A stretch of 62,915 nt of DNA, counting the filler, from Perkinsus chesapeaki ATCC PRA-425 (lineage: Eukaryota; Protista; Perkinsozoa), in assembly GCA_013115145.1 (NCBI GenBank). It is 10 parts of 10 records of this genome, joined end to end, with 100 filler letters (N's around TTAATTAATTAA, not from the genome) between each part and the next. Parts side by side here need not be neighbours in the genome. Positions count along the whole stretch, not along the records: positions 22,612 to 44,257 come from JAAPAO010000592.1; positions 44,358 to 48,619 come from JAAPAO010001285.1; positions 48,720 to 50,471 come from JAAPAO010001799.1; 7 more parts are not named here. One strand, written 5' to 3'. Positions 37,838 to 49,289 of this stretch are shown in pieces (position 1 is the stretch's first letter; every line of letters begins with the position of its first letter). The notes under the pieces are model-generated. The model made no database searches. It saw only the letters and a list, made by a program, of their open reading frames with translations, and was not told the DNA's origin. Both the position numbers and the translations under genes were made by a program.

Positions 37838-40700
37838 ATGGACAATAACAACCCTAATATGGTTGTTGAGTATCTCAATGGGAATGACATCGGCTGTAAT
37901 GTATTAGTAGTCCCTTTTTGTTACGTGGCTGCTGCTGTCATGTCTGAGCCGCTAAATAACAAGGAAGCTCTGCTTTCTAACCTCTGTACTATGCTTTTGG
38001 ATCATTATAAAGGTACTATGGGTAATGGGGACACTAGAGGCAATCTAATGATAGGGGCAGTCGAAGGAGCAAATAAGGTTGAAAGTAATAACGCATCATC
38101 TTCACTTGATACGGTATCTCAATGGATCCGTACCACACCAGGGGCAATGGTAATAATAAATGCCGCATATATGCAGTATTATACTTTATATAGGATCTTA
38201 TTGTGGAACTAAGTAATACCAAACCAGCTATCTCAACGGGTGGTGACCAGGGCTCTATGGCCGTACAAGGTGTCACTAGTGCCACTGGGCCTAGTGAACC
38301 TAAGGAGGAAGAGGATCCACAAACAACAACAGCAGGCAACCTATCAATGCCTACCGGAAAACCTCCTCTAGCTAAGAGGTAATAACGGGTATGTATAGGA
38401 GGATACTTCGGTAGTGGTATCAGGCTATCACGCCCACCTATGATGTCGGTACCTGAGCATGCTCCTGCTACTATGCCACAGGATAACAATGCAGCCATGC
38501 GATTGACTGTTGCAAATAGCAGCAGCAGCAGCACTATCACAGTAGGGTGGAATGATAAAGGGCGATGGTGTTGTATAGGATTGCACTTGTTCTTCAGTTG
38601 GATGATTTAGTTAATGAGATAATATTATTATTGGCTAATACTCAATGGATGTGTGCATCTTTGGCACAGATATTGCCATTGCTCAAACCAGAGAGTAAAA
38701 GCTTTATCCGACAACAACAGGTTACCATTACCTTCCCATACCACACAATACGATATTACTCTATTATAGGTTACCCAAGGGAATCTAATATCCGCAGCTC
38801 ATGGGGACCTTACCCTTGTCACGGGTACTGATATTGTCGTATATACGGGCTCAGTTGATAGGCTGGCCGCCTTACTACAGCAACAGCCACAACAGCAACC
38901 ACAGACCCCTCTGTGGCTTACGACACCACAGCAACAGTTCGTAAGCATATGAAGTTTTATCCCATTGATACCAAGAATAATCATCAGGTGGTAGCGTCAC
39001 CTTTATTCGGACAGAGCCCGTTTAGTGCTGGGCAGGGTGGGTACACTAGCATGATATCGCAGGGTGGCATATTAGCATCACCACTACCACCACAGCAAAC
39101 CATACAACAGGTAGTAGTTATCATAATCTTGCTCATCATCATAGTTAATTGATGTAGGCTATGAGGCTTCAAGCAGCCCAAGCTGTAGCTGCTGCTGGAT
39201 CGATGGCAGTTACTCCCCAAGGCTTGCAACATGCAGGTATTGCCAGGCCTATACCGGGCCCAGGTAATAGATAATGTAGTATATTTTTTGATAATGTTAG
39301 TAGTGCTGTGTTCATTAGGCCAAACCCAACCTAAAAGAGGTGTACTAGATATGGATACTCTTAGTTCATCGCCCCAGCTGGCAGCATTGGTTAAGGAAGT
39401 GAGTGGATGATGATGATAATGCTGCTGCTTTTGTTTGGATAGTAGTCTTGTACATATCCATAAGGTTTCTTTCCTGCTTCTGACTGCTGGTGGACCTTCT
39501 AGACAGCTACTGTTATCAGAGCTGGGCACGCGTATTTCCACGCAATCTAGGTGGGCTGCTTATTACCATCCATCAACAACGGCTACTCCAGTTTTGGTGT
39601 GTAGGGTTTTTTTGAAGCTTAATAGAACTCGGCTCGGCCAGCTGCTTTTGCGATTCCCTAAAGACTTTCTTATTGAAGGACAGAAAGCCAGTGGAAAGGT
39701 AATGCCCATGTAGCAGTGGAATGCTCAAAGCAGATTCCATTGCTCTTTCGTAGGTCACATTAATTCGACCAGAGGTAATCCAGTGCCCATCTACCCCTGT
39801 ACCATTGGAGAAGGACCTTATGGTTGATAATAACGTACCAACAGACAACAACAACAACAACAATGATCTCTCGGACGCTGTAGCTGCTGTCGCATGCTCC
39901 TTGCCTTGCTTGCCATCCCTTTATATTAGCCCCCTCCTGGTATGTCATCCAAGCCTGTCATGGGCAAGAGTGACGTCATTCATAACACATTCTCCCAAAC
40001 TGGAGGTTTTTTTGTGAGTCTGCCTGCTGCATCGCTTTAGTGAGTGTCTATTGTGATTAGGGAGCACCCAGTCAGAGTGGACCGATAGGAGCATCGTCTA
40101 CGACCACAGTAAAGCCTGGAAGCTACCAGAAGAACACCAGGCTAGCTGACCTTGGATCGGGCTTATCGGTCGATGTTGCTGGGGCGCTATCGCGCATCCA
40201 GCAGCAGCAACAGCAACAACAGGGAAGGGACGTACAAGGCAGCAACAGCAACACGCAGGTAATGTGATAGGCGGTTATCGCTATGTAGGTATGTTGGCTG
40301 TTAGTTGTATTTGGCACCACAACAGTTGATATCATCACCGTTGCCGTTGGTAAGCCCAGGTACTGCACTTGGCATGACCCCTTTTTCCGCAGTACCAAGG
40401 TAATAATAATGTATTATGTTGACAACAGTATTATGGGCTTTAGATCGGTGGCAGAAGGTGTCCTACAGACACCAGCATTAGGAAGACAAGAATAAGCAGT
40501 ATGTTATCAATACTCTTTACTCAGTAAATACTACTAGAAGGGCAGTGTCAGAGGCAACAACAAGAACTGCTGCAGCAGCAGCTGCTGTGAAGCGCTGTTG
40601 TTACTGCTGTTGTATGTCGTCCTTATGTCACCATATAGAGTGTCAGTTGTTAATGCTGCTACTACTTTAGTTGTCTTGTTCTTCTCCTACTCCTTCTCGC
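37838..40700 (+). CDS. Multi-exon low-complexity (Q/N/T/S-rich) protein with a possible OST-HTH/LOTUS-like domain
   Basis: Open exon segments rich in Q/T/N. Segment SFLLLTAGGPSRQLLLSELGTRI..YYHP..RLGQLLLRFPKDFLI fits an OST-HTH winged-helix pattern. Boundaries approximate. Confidence 0.4.
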
Positions 40701-40930
40701 CCTACTACCCCCTACGTACAATTTAGCCCTTATCAACATTGCTATCGATTATGTTGCTCACGCTTTAAGCGAACGCAGAAGAACTATCCTTAATAGTAAC
40801 AGCATCTGTCTTGCTGCTATCTTCTCCGAAGGTTACTGCTAAGTACCCACCTATCAAATGTCTATTATCACATAATCACAAGCTTGCGTTGTTGTAGTCA
40901 GTTATATCACAATATCTAGTATCATCTACA

Positions 40931-42783
40931 ATGACATTATTTCTATCTGTTCACTTTATCCTTGCCGGTCTTATCGCCACCAAATCGGTGATGGCCTATG
41001 AGGAACCACTTAATACACAAATTCAGTATACATCAATCGATCCAAAGGTATTGTTCTCACCACCCAGTCGCTGGGAAGTGCCCGATTCTCAGGCAGATTG
41101 TGCGGAAGTGATGAGATCGTTGATTTCGTCAGTGATGGAAGTTGCCACACAACTTAGCACGCTGAAAGATACTTCCTATGCTATGGCAGGTCGCAGGTTG
41201 GCCTCCTCTCTACTGGGAGATTTGTGTGTCTTTTTCAGGGGATATGACTGGACGGCTCTCGGGTACTCATTACACGGCATCAGAGTTGGCCAACACTAGC
41301 TCTGTGCTCTTCCCGCTGGTATCGAGTGCTACACAGATGGTCTGGGGACTCGTGGCCCACATTTCCCATGTTATGATGACTCGGCAGGAATTATGTGTCA
41401 CTGAAGAGAGCAAAGAGTTGGTTCACTTAGCCATACTGTCAGTGTCAGAGGCGATGAAGAGCCTAACGAGTGGGGCTGATGCTTCTTCCGTCACTTCTGC
41501 CTAGTATTTCAGGATCAATGTGGCATATGGTTAACTTGGGCTCGTTTGGTGACTATGGATCACCCTACCGGAATATAGGGCTCCTGTTGGATATCTATCA
41601 TCCACTGTTTCAAGCAATCAACTTGGTTAACGACGCAGTGGAGCAACTCGGTCTCGACAGGTCTCCAAGAGTCACTTTCGGCGGCCACGAGCCTGATGGA
41701 ATGTTCACTCGTACAGTGGTGATGTATAGAAAATTGTTCCCGGAGAAGGCCCACTTGGACAAAGGCCTGCTCCGCACCCTTTTAAGGCTTCTACCGAAGG
41801 ATTCTTCACTGTGCGATTTTGGTGCATTAGATGGAAGATACGCCACATGGCTCAACGATACTGGCCTTATAAAGGCCTTTGCTATTGATGGTGTTCGAGG
41901 CATATCAGAGCTCACAAATGGGGCCGTTACAGAAGCCGATCTCACTACTAGTAACTTGAAGCTGTGGACGACCTTTGACTGTGTTCTATCCCTTGAAGTG
42001 GCAGAGCATATACCTAAGCAGTACGAAGGTGTATTCCTAGATAACCTTGGACGGCATGCTCAACGGTGTTTGATAATATCATGGGCACTACCAGATTCCC
42101 TAGGGGAAGGTCATGTTAACAGTCTTGCGGAAGGGGAATCTCACAGAAGGATAGTTGAACGAATCGGTATGGTACGAGATGAAAATGCAACACTGTTATT
42201 GCGTAAAAGTGCCGATATTGATTGGATAGGCAGTACTGTAGCAATGTATATTAGACCATCATCACCTCACTATATAAATACATCCTATATGCCTAAGATG
42301 TCGAGTTTTATTATCAAAATGAGTCTGTTACCAGACCGACTTATAGAATCGGTTCACGAAATCCGGGGAATGGGCATTCTTGGGTTCACGATGGAACTTT
42401 TACCTGCTTTCGGTGGTTGTGGTCTTAGCATTTTGGCTTGCTTTCGACGAAAGCCTTTCGTAGCCTTATCACCCAGAGCCTCTTTTCCCACTTTTTCCCC
42501 TGCCGGTGAACTGTATATGGATCGAAGAACTCTCCTCTTCACACGGGAGCTGGACTGTGATCGCGTTTGGTGGACGTCGCTTGAGCTGAATGATAATGGG
42601 TCTTCACTCGAGGACAACCCTATAAAGTGGGCAACAGCGCCGCGTGCATTTGTCAATGTTCGCTTGATTCAGAAACTGTTATCGTTCTTAGTAGCTCCGG
42701 TCCTGTCCATCAGACTGATGGCATCAGTAGTGAAGATGACGAAACAAGTAGCGACCTATTCCTTGCTTGCATACACCGAATGA
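40931..42783 (+). CDS. Class I SAM-dependent methyltransferase with N-terminal signal peptide; ORF continues into an unrelated C-terminal region
   Basis: Signal MTLFLSVHFILAGLIATKSVMA; motif I LCDFGALDGRY; FDCVLSLEVAEHIP; IISWA..GEGHVN. Further exon-like sequence extends to about 43020. Confidence 0.75.
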
Positions 42784-43319
42784 CGCCGGATGGAGAATTT
42801 TCCGTTTTGTGGGCGATTGAGCAAGATGATATACTGGACTTCGATTGCACATTCCGTCGCTGGGACGAAAGCTTGCAGCAGTTGGTTTTTTCTTCTTAAC
42901 GACGACAGCGGTGGGTGTATGGGAGACCTTGAAGTTGAGTCTACAGTGGACTGTCTACTTAGTAGACATCTGGAATCCAGGTTCTCGATGACTGACCAGT
43001 ATGAGGTCAACTGTGTTTAGCCCAGTCACGCAGATTCGCAGCTATGCTGTACGAGATTTTACTTTTGAACTTTTCTCTCTCTGAGGTTCCACAACAAGGT
43101 TCCTGTGCTATTGATCTTGAAATAGTCTTGTAGTTTTCCAATATTTGATGCTTGCGTTGTAATTCGATTCAGGATTCTTGGGTCAGTGTCATCATAGTAT
43201 GATGATCACACCACTAGTACCTTCATTCATGGCTGCTAGTTGCCCGGCCCGTTCGTTGTGGACAACTTCGAATAAGACTCATTCGGCGCCTCACACTGTG
43301 AGGCTCACAGTGAGGCCCT

Positions 43320-44257
43320 CACTTGGTGAGGCCAACACTTGACAATGTCAAGTTGACATACGAGGGGTACAATTACGAGAAGAAGACTCCTAGGTCAGCC
43401 CGTCCGGCACGACCTACTGGTACTGCACCAGTCGCAGTTCTTCTGCAGGTTTAATCGTTAAGGGCGATGCCTTCCATGACCTTTCTTAAAGAAAGTTTCT
43501 CCTGTGACAGGAGTCCTGTCTTGGTAAGTTACCAATGGTAACTAGAGGTATTAAAGGGCATGATTGTTCGGCCCCCAATGCGGCGGTTGATATTCTGAGG
43601 GCCACTTTCCGGTCACCGGATTGAAGCCCCACCGTGGGGGCCCCACATGCATCTGCGACCTATCTTTGACGAGGTAGTCTCGTCGGTTGAGAAAGAGGTG
43701 GTCGAACAGCTGGCACCAGTAAGGACATGCTTGAATACGATGCATGCGCATCGTAAAAGAGCTGATCCAAACCCACTGGCTCTGCTAAGTCGTACTGATT
43801 TCTCTATTCCTGCTGAATTCAAGACCGCAGCTATCGGCGGACAGGAGTACACTACTCTCGCGCTGGACTCTGGCTCCCTCAATCCCGATCGTATCACATG
43901 CTACTACAATCCAGGCTGGAATATCCAGCTGTCTTGAAGGAACTTCTAGCGGCGTGCTCTGAGTTTCACAGTGAAACTTTCACTAGTCTCTAGACGTGGC
44001 TTTCGATCACTGCGCCCAAATTTGATAACTGTTTTTGTGGAAGTTGCGTTCACTAAACGGGTTATAGATCCAGTTTCCGAACCCATTCCGAAACCGTTCT
44101 TTTGCGGCAGACTGGGGAATTTGGCGGCGAGTGACGGTGTATTTTTGCGGAGTGCTTTAGGATTCACCCCGGCTTGAGGCCCTCAAGTTGTGGCGACGAA
44201 CCAAGGTGTCCGTCGGAAAGAGCTGGTGGCGGATCCATAATGAACACAATGCAGATG
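43320..44257 (+). mobile_element. Degenerate Mutator-like (MULE) transposase with FLYWCH-like zinc finger
   Basis: Across frameshifts: LTYEGYNYEKK..SGTTYWYCTSRSS..GHDC, then PIFDEVV..LAPVRTCLNTMHAHRKRADPNP..FSIPAEFKT..LALDSGSLNPDRITCY, then ELLAACSEFH..DVAF, matching the usual MULE layout up to the first catalytic Asp. Confidence 0.65.
43481..43543. repeat. Three adjacent X-n-revcomp(X)-n-X modules inserted in the FLYWCH coding region
   Basis: CTTTCTT-A-AAGAAAG-TTTCT; C-TCCTGT-G-ACAGGA-G-TCCTGT-C; T-TGGTAA-G-TTACCA-A-TGGTAA-C. Confidence 0.95.
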
Positions 44258-45201
44258 NNNNNNNNNNNNNNNNNNNNNNNNNNNNNNNNNNNNNNNNNNN
44301 NTTAATTAATTAANNNNNNNNNNNNNNNNNNNNNNNNNNNNNNNNNNNNNNNNNNNNATTCCACTTCGAATAGCCTACTTTTGGCAATGCCGCTGATCTT
44401 CTATGATCGTTAGCTTTACATGTAATTAATCGTGATTGCGGTCTTCGTGTCTCTACTAATTTACTTCGAACTAATTGGAGGCCGGTGGGGTGTCGCGTAG
44501 CGTAAGCCCCATCCGGCCGACCCCCCTTATGTAATGAATTGTTTTTTCCTTTTTTGTTGTATACTTAATAATTGAATGAACTATTAAATAACACATGAAT
44601 AATTATTAACAGAGATAACAGTAGTTGTGTTAATTTCAATTAAGCAATGATCGTTCGGTGTCTTTTCAGTTTTTATTGAACTCAGCTTTGCCCTAAGTTA
44701 GGGCTCCTATTATATGCGGTCCTCCTGTAACAGCTCCCGGACTTCGATGATCAAAGCTCGCTACTACTCTAGAGACATGTCTGATAAGCAAGTACCATGT
44801 AAGATCTCATCATTTATATTCATTGTTATTCAACCCTTTTCAGGTAGTCGCTCGAATTGAAGTCAAGCTCCATATGCTGTCTCTTGGGAATCATCTGGTA
44901 CAGACAAGTAAGGTGAGTCTATTTGGGATAGTATATTTCACTTAAGGCCTCTTTGTGTACGTAGTACTTTTTAATTTCGTTTTACTTCCACACTATAGCT
45001 AGTATATAGGTATCAAAATTGCTGAAGTTCAGTGTTTCGAATACAACATCTCGTTCGTCTTAACTCAATGTCAACTTTCGTATATCTCACATCAACCTAG
45101 CAAGTTCTCATGTCGTGATCAGAACTGGCACCATTGAAACTATACAAGGCAAGGCATGTCTATGCCCATAACGAAAATTACTTTGCCGTTCATCAGAGAA
45201 A

Positions 45202-45262
45202 GCACGCGAGTAGTTAAGGCTCTTGCGTGGCACTCGGATGCCCCAGGTTCGAACCACAGGTC
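45202..45262 (+). pseudogene. tRNA-like element (A/B box), possible SINE head or tRNA pseudogene
   Basis: AGTAGTTAAGGC (A-box/D-loop-like) and CAGGTTCGAACC (B-box) at tRNA spacing, but anticodon, T and acceptor stems do not pair well. Confidence 0.4.
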
Positions 45263-45471
45263 ATTTATTTTCTCCAATGATCATTAGATAGTAACAAACA
45301 ATAGTTATAGTAATAGTGTTATGTAGTACGATACTATCTTGAAACAGCTTTGTGTATCCCATTTGCACACTACTGCAAGGCATCACATATCCTATCTTGT
45401 TTTGTTAACTCAATCAGTCGCATCCTCTGCATATAATCACTTCAGTTATTCGTTGTTGTTGTTGACAAAAA

Positions 45472-47619
45472 ATGCCCGTCCTCGGTAAAGACAGCACCGT
45501 TATGCAGGAAGTTTTTGAGCTGAAGACTATCAGCTATCACGACTTGCCTGATGACATGTCGGGATCCAGTGCAGCGACCATGGACGCCAAATTAATCGTC
45601 AGGTTGCTGCACTGTAAGGCTCCCGAAAAAGCGGTCAGGTAAGAATGACTTGTAGAAACTACTGCCACGAATTTATCTGTTAGATTCAACAAGTTCGGTG
45701 GTGCGCAAGGTACCAATCCGAACAAGAAGGTTATGGTGGAGCAGTGTTACCATCGTTGGGTGCTCTGCTATGATATTCTGACCGGCGAGCCTGTAATAAC
45801 GTAGTGTTGGGTAGTAGTAATTTGATATCTTCAGGTGGTCGTTATCACCCACAGTGCGAAGGAGAGCCACCAGCTCTTGACATTCGTCGGTGACCTCTAC
45901 CCAGGGGCGACAGCAGCTTTGGTCGAACCAGAGACAGTTGGTGTCTTGGATAACGGCTTAAAGTTGCTGTCGTCCCCTGATAGGTTGGTACCTATCAAGG
46001 CTGAAGAGGTCACGACGGAGATTCCAAGTGGGATAGAACATTTTACTCAATATCGAGTATATAATTTCCACTTGGAGAGTCTTGAGCTGGTGAGGGCCAC
46101 AATCCTCAACGATATCTGTCCTGGTGTACTTTGTGACGCCCAAAGTGCACCAGGAGGAAAACGTTGTGGATGTGTGTCAAACAGTGGGAAGACTGATCGA
46201 TGGGCAATTCAGCTTGGCTTTACTACACCAAGTCTGAACAATCCCATTACGATCGTCTCCCACCGTGTGACTGCCCTTTTCGTGGATGAGAAAGCATCTG
46301 TGGTAAGATCACTTCGCTCTTCCGATTATTTCATTCATTCTCTTGTAGGGTATTTGTCGTTGGAGTGCCCGGCAGCTACGACCGACAATTAAGCAAATAT
46401 TATCATATATTTGCAATCATGGCGGATTCGTAGTTACGGCTTGGGTGAAACCTGGGAGGCAGGCTGCAGTTGGTGATGAGGTTGGTGCCATCACAGAGTC
46501 TAAACTTCACGTTTGCTCTCTGCGGCCTTCCAATCCCGAGGTTATTAACGTCACCAAGGATATGAGGTAAGATATTCCAGATTTTGTAATAGTATCTTCT
46601 TATTCACAGGATGAAGCTGGTTGTCCAAGATCCTAACAACCTCAACATCCAACCCGCCCAAATCCAAGGACCACAACGACAAGGAGCACAACCGGTAGGC
46701 TTTGGTATAACATGAGTTTTTCGTCACGCCCCATAATGCTTCCGACACTACTGCGTATGTTTTTAGGTTAATGTACCACCTTTACCACCACAACAGCAAC
46801 AACCAGTTCCACCACCGCAACAACCGGTCTTACCACAACAACAACCACAACCGGTACAACAACAACCACAACCCGTACAACAACAACAACAACAACCACA
46901 ACCCGTACAACAACAACAACAACAACAACAACAACCACAACAACAACAACAACCAGTTCTGCCACCACAGCAACCAGTTCCACCACCGCAACAACCAGTT
47001 CTGCTACCACAACCGCTACAACAACCACTGCCTCAACAACAACAACAACAACAACAACAATTAGAACCACAACAACAAGCACTGCCCCAACAGCAGCCAC
47101 AACTCCAACATGATCAGCTAATACAATTATTACAACAACAAATGCTGCAAATTCAACAATTACAACAACAAATGGTACAGCAGCAACAACAACTGGCCGC
47201 GCTGCAACAACCTCAACCACCACAGCAACCACAACCACCACAAGAGCAACAGGAGGAGCAGCGGCAACCACAACTACAGCAGCATCAACAAGAGCAGCAA
47301 CCTCAAGGGGAGCAGGTGGGAAAGCAGCAAGAGATTCAAGACCCACAACAGAAGCAACAGCAGCAACACAGACAGAATGTTAATAGGCAAGGAGGCGATC
47401 AAGGTGGATTCGTGGGCTCTGTAATGCGAACGATAATATGAGTTGGTGGATATATTATTTCAGATATTCCGCAATCAAGAACCACCAGCGGTGCGCGAAC
47501 GTCGCCTCGCTGCTGAAGCCGCTGCTGCTCGTGCTGCTGCTGCCGATTCAGGACCAGCGAATGAAAATGCTGACCCTGCAGCTGCTGCGGAAGTCGAACA
47601 CGAGAGTGACGACGAGTGA
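45472..47619 (+). CDS. Multi-exon protein: uncharacterised Cys-containing globular domain plus long poly-Q/P tail
   Basis: Exons MPVLGKD..CKAPEKAV|FNKFGG..CYHRWVLCYDILTG|VVITHSAKESHQ..ICPGVLCDAQSAPGGKRCGC..|AWVKPGR..KLHVCSL|MKLVVQDPNN|VNVPPLPPQQQQ (about 220 Q/P-rich codons)|IFRNQEPP..ESDDE*, with plausible GT-AG junctions. Confidence 0.6.
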
Positions 47620-49289
47620 AGGACACTTATCTAAGTCTTTCATAATTATAAGACTATAACCTATTCTCAACGTAAGTGAATTATTTCTAATAAATAGTAA
47701 AACTTTTTTCGCAGATACCTAAATAGTAATCATTCCTTTACGCCGTAATGACGAAGATTTAGCTTTTAGATTCAAGTGATATGACTATTCCGTGTGATCA
47801 ACTACTCCGCATGAAGTCCCTGTTGGGCGCGTCGTGTTTTTACTTTATTAGCGTTGAGTTTAGTAGCACTAAATTGGTTTATTAGTACAGTATTGTTTTC
47901 CCTCAGTAGCGCTCATCTTTGTTCACCCTATGACATCCTTCCCCTTCAACTTTACCGCATACCAAGGTTCAGAATCGGGACTTCAAATCGAGGTATTTCA
48001 AACAATCCACGTAAGGCATTCACCAGTTACTTTTTTATTTAATCCACTCTTGCTCCGACTTTTATAGGAAGAGGTTTTACCGCAACTGTAGTATCTTGCG
48101 TGAAATGGTAAATTACTTTAGTACGTAAGGTTGTTTCTTACAGTGAGCTATTAATATGATATTAAATGTTCATTAGTAAGTGATGTTGAATACTTTCAGG
48201 AATATAAAGCGTGTATGACACATTGACTTTAATTTGGCAGTTGCATAATGGTGGTCTATTAATCATATCGTTCGCGCCTAACTTATTGCTCGTATAACAT
48301 ACGCACTACTATCAAGTTCTCAGCGAGTTTTGGATGTTGCGCATCAATCTTCGTTAAAATTGAAGTAGCTCGCAATTAAAGAAAGCCTCAGAACGCTATT
48401 CGGGTACCACTGTGACAGTACCACATGACATATTGTACTGTAGAATTTGCACAACTGCAATCCTATCAGCGATTGTCCAGTACCCCATCCTTGGGACATA
48501 ATTTCAAGCCCCGCAGGTAGCGCCGGCTAGCACTTTGCATATGCGGACACCGCTAGGTGGCAGAAACCATTTTTCCCCATTGTTTTTCAGCGAGCGGGTA
48601 GGGCCCCACGAGCGTCCAANNNNNNNNNNNNNNNNNNNNNNNNNNNNNNNNNNNNNNNNNNNNTTAATTAATTAANNNNNNNNNNNNNNNNNNNNNNNNN
48701 NNNNNNNNNNNNNNNNNNNTTTTGATTCAATCATTGCTTCGCTCCGCTAAGCTCGCGCTCGCGCTCGCCAAGCTTCGCGCACTGATTGACAACAAAAACA
48801 CGTCGTTCGTGCAATATGCAGGAAAAGCGCACAATCTCATATTTTTAGAACATAATGATACCGATAGTGAAACTAAGGCGGGAAATGGGACGCCCATTTA
48901 CGTAAAGTTTATCTTGACTATCCCGGTATTCTACCGATCAATTTTTTGATATTTTTTTGGCATTTTTGTCGATTTTGCCTATTTTTCCGCTAATTTTTTT
49001 TCCATTGCGGAAATTGCGGAAATTTCCGCAATGGAAATTCCCGCAAATTGCCAACAGCATACCCAGTATCCTTTCACCTATCAACTGCATCTTTCTTTTA
49101 CTTCCTATGTCTCGAGTTCCAGTGTCGTTGGTAGTGTCAATTCGGTACCCCAGACATTCACTAGTGGCGTCCGCACGGTGGTACCAAAGACAATTGAAAG
49201 GTATGTCCCCATGACTGTCCCCTAGCGCTAGTTGTAAATATATGTAGATTGATAAGTCTGTTTTGTGAACTATTTAAGATCTCCAGTGG

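Noticed and set aside
46768-47346. 192-aa poly-Val ORF on the minus strand and poly-Asn ORF on the plus strand
   Set aside because: Alternative readings of the CAA-rich tract; the Gln/Pro frame is the one that connects to flanking exons.
48550-48563. CCGCTAGGTGGCAG, a CTCF-like motif
   Set aside because: CTCF is restricted to bilaterian animals; a single match is coincidental or a transposon subterminal word.
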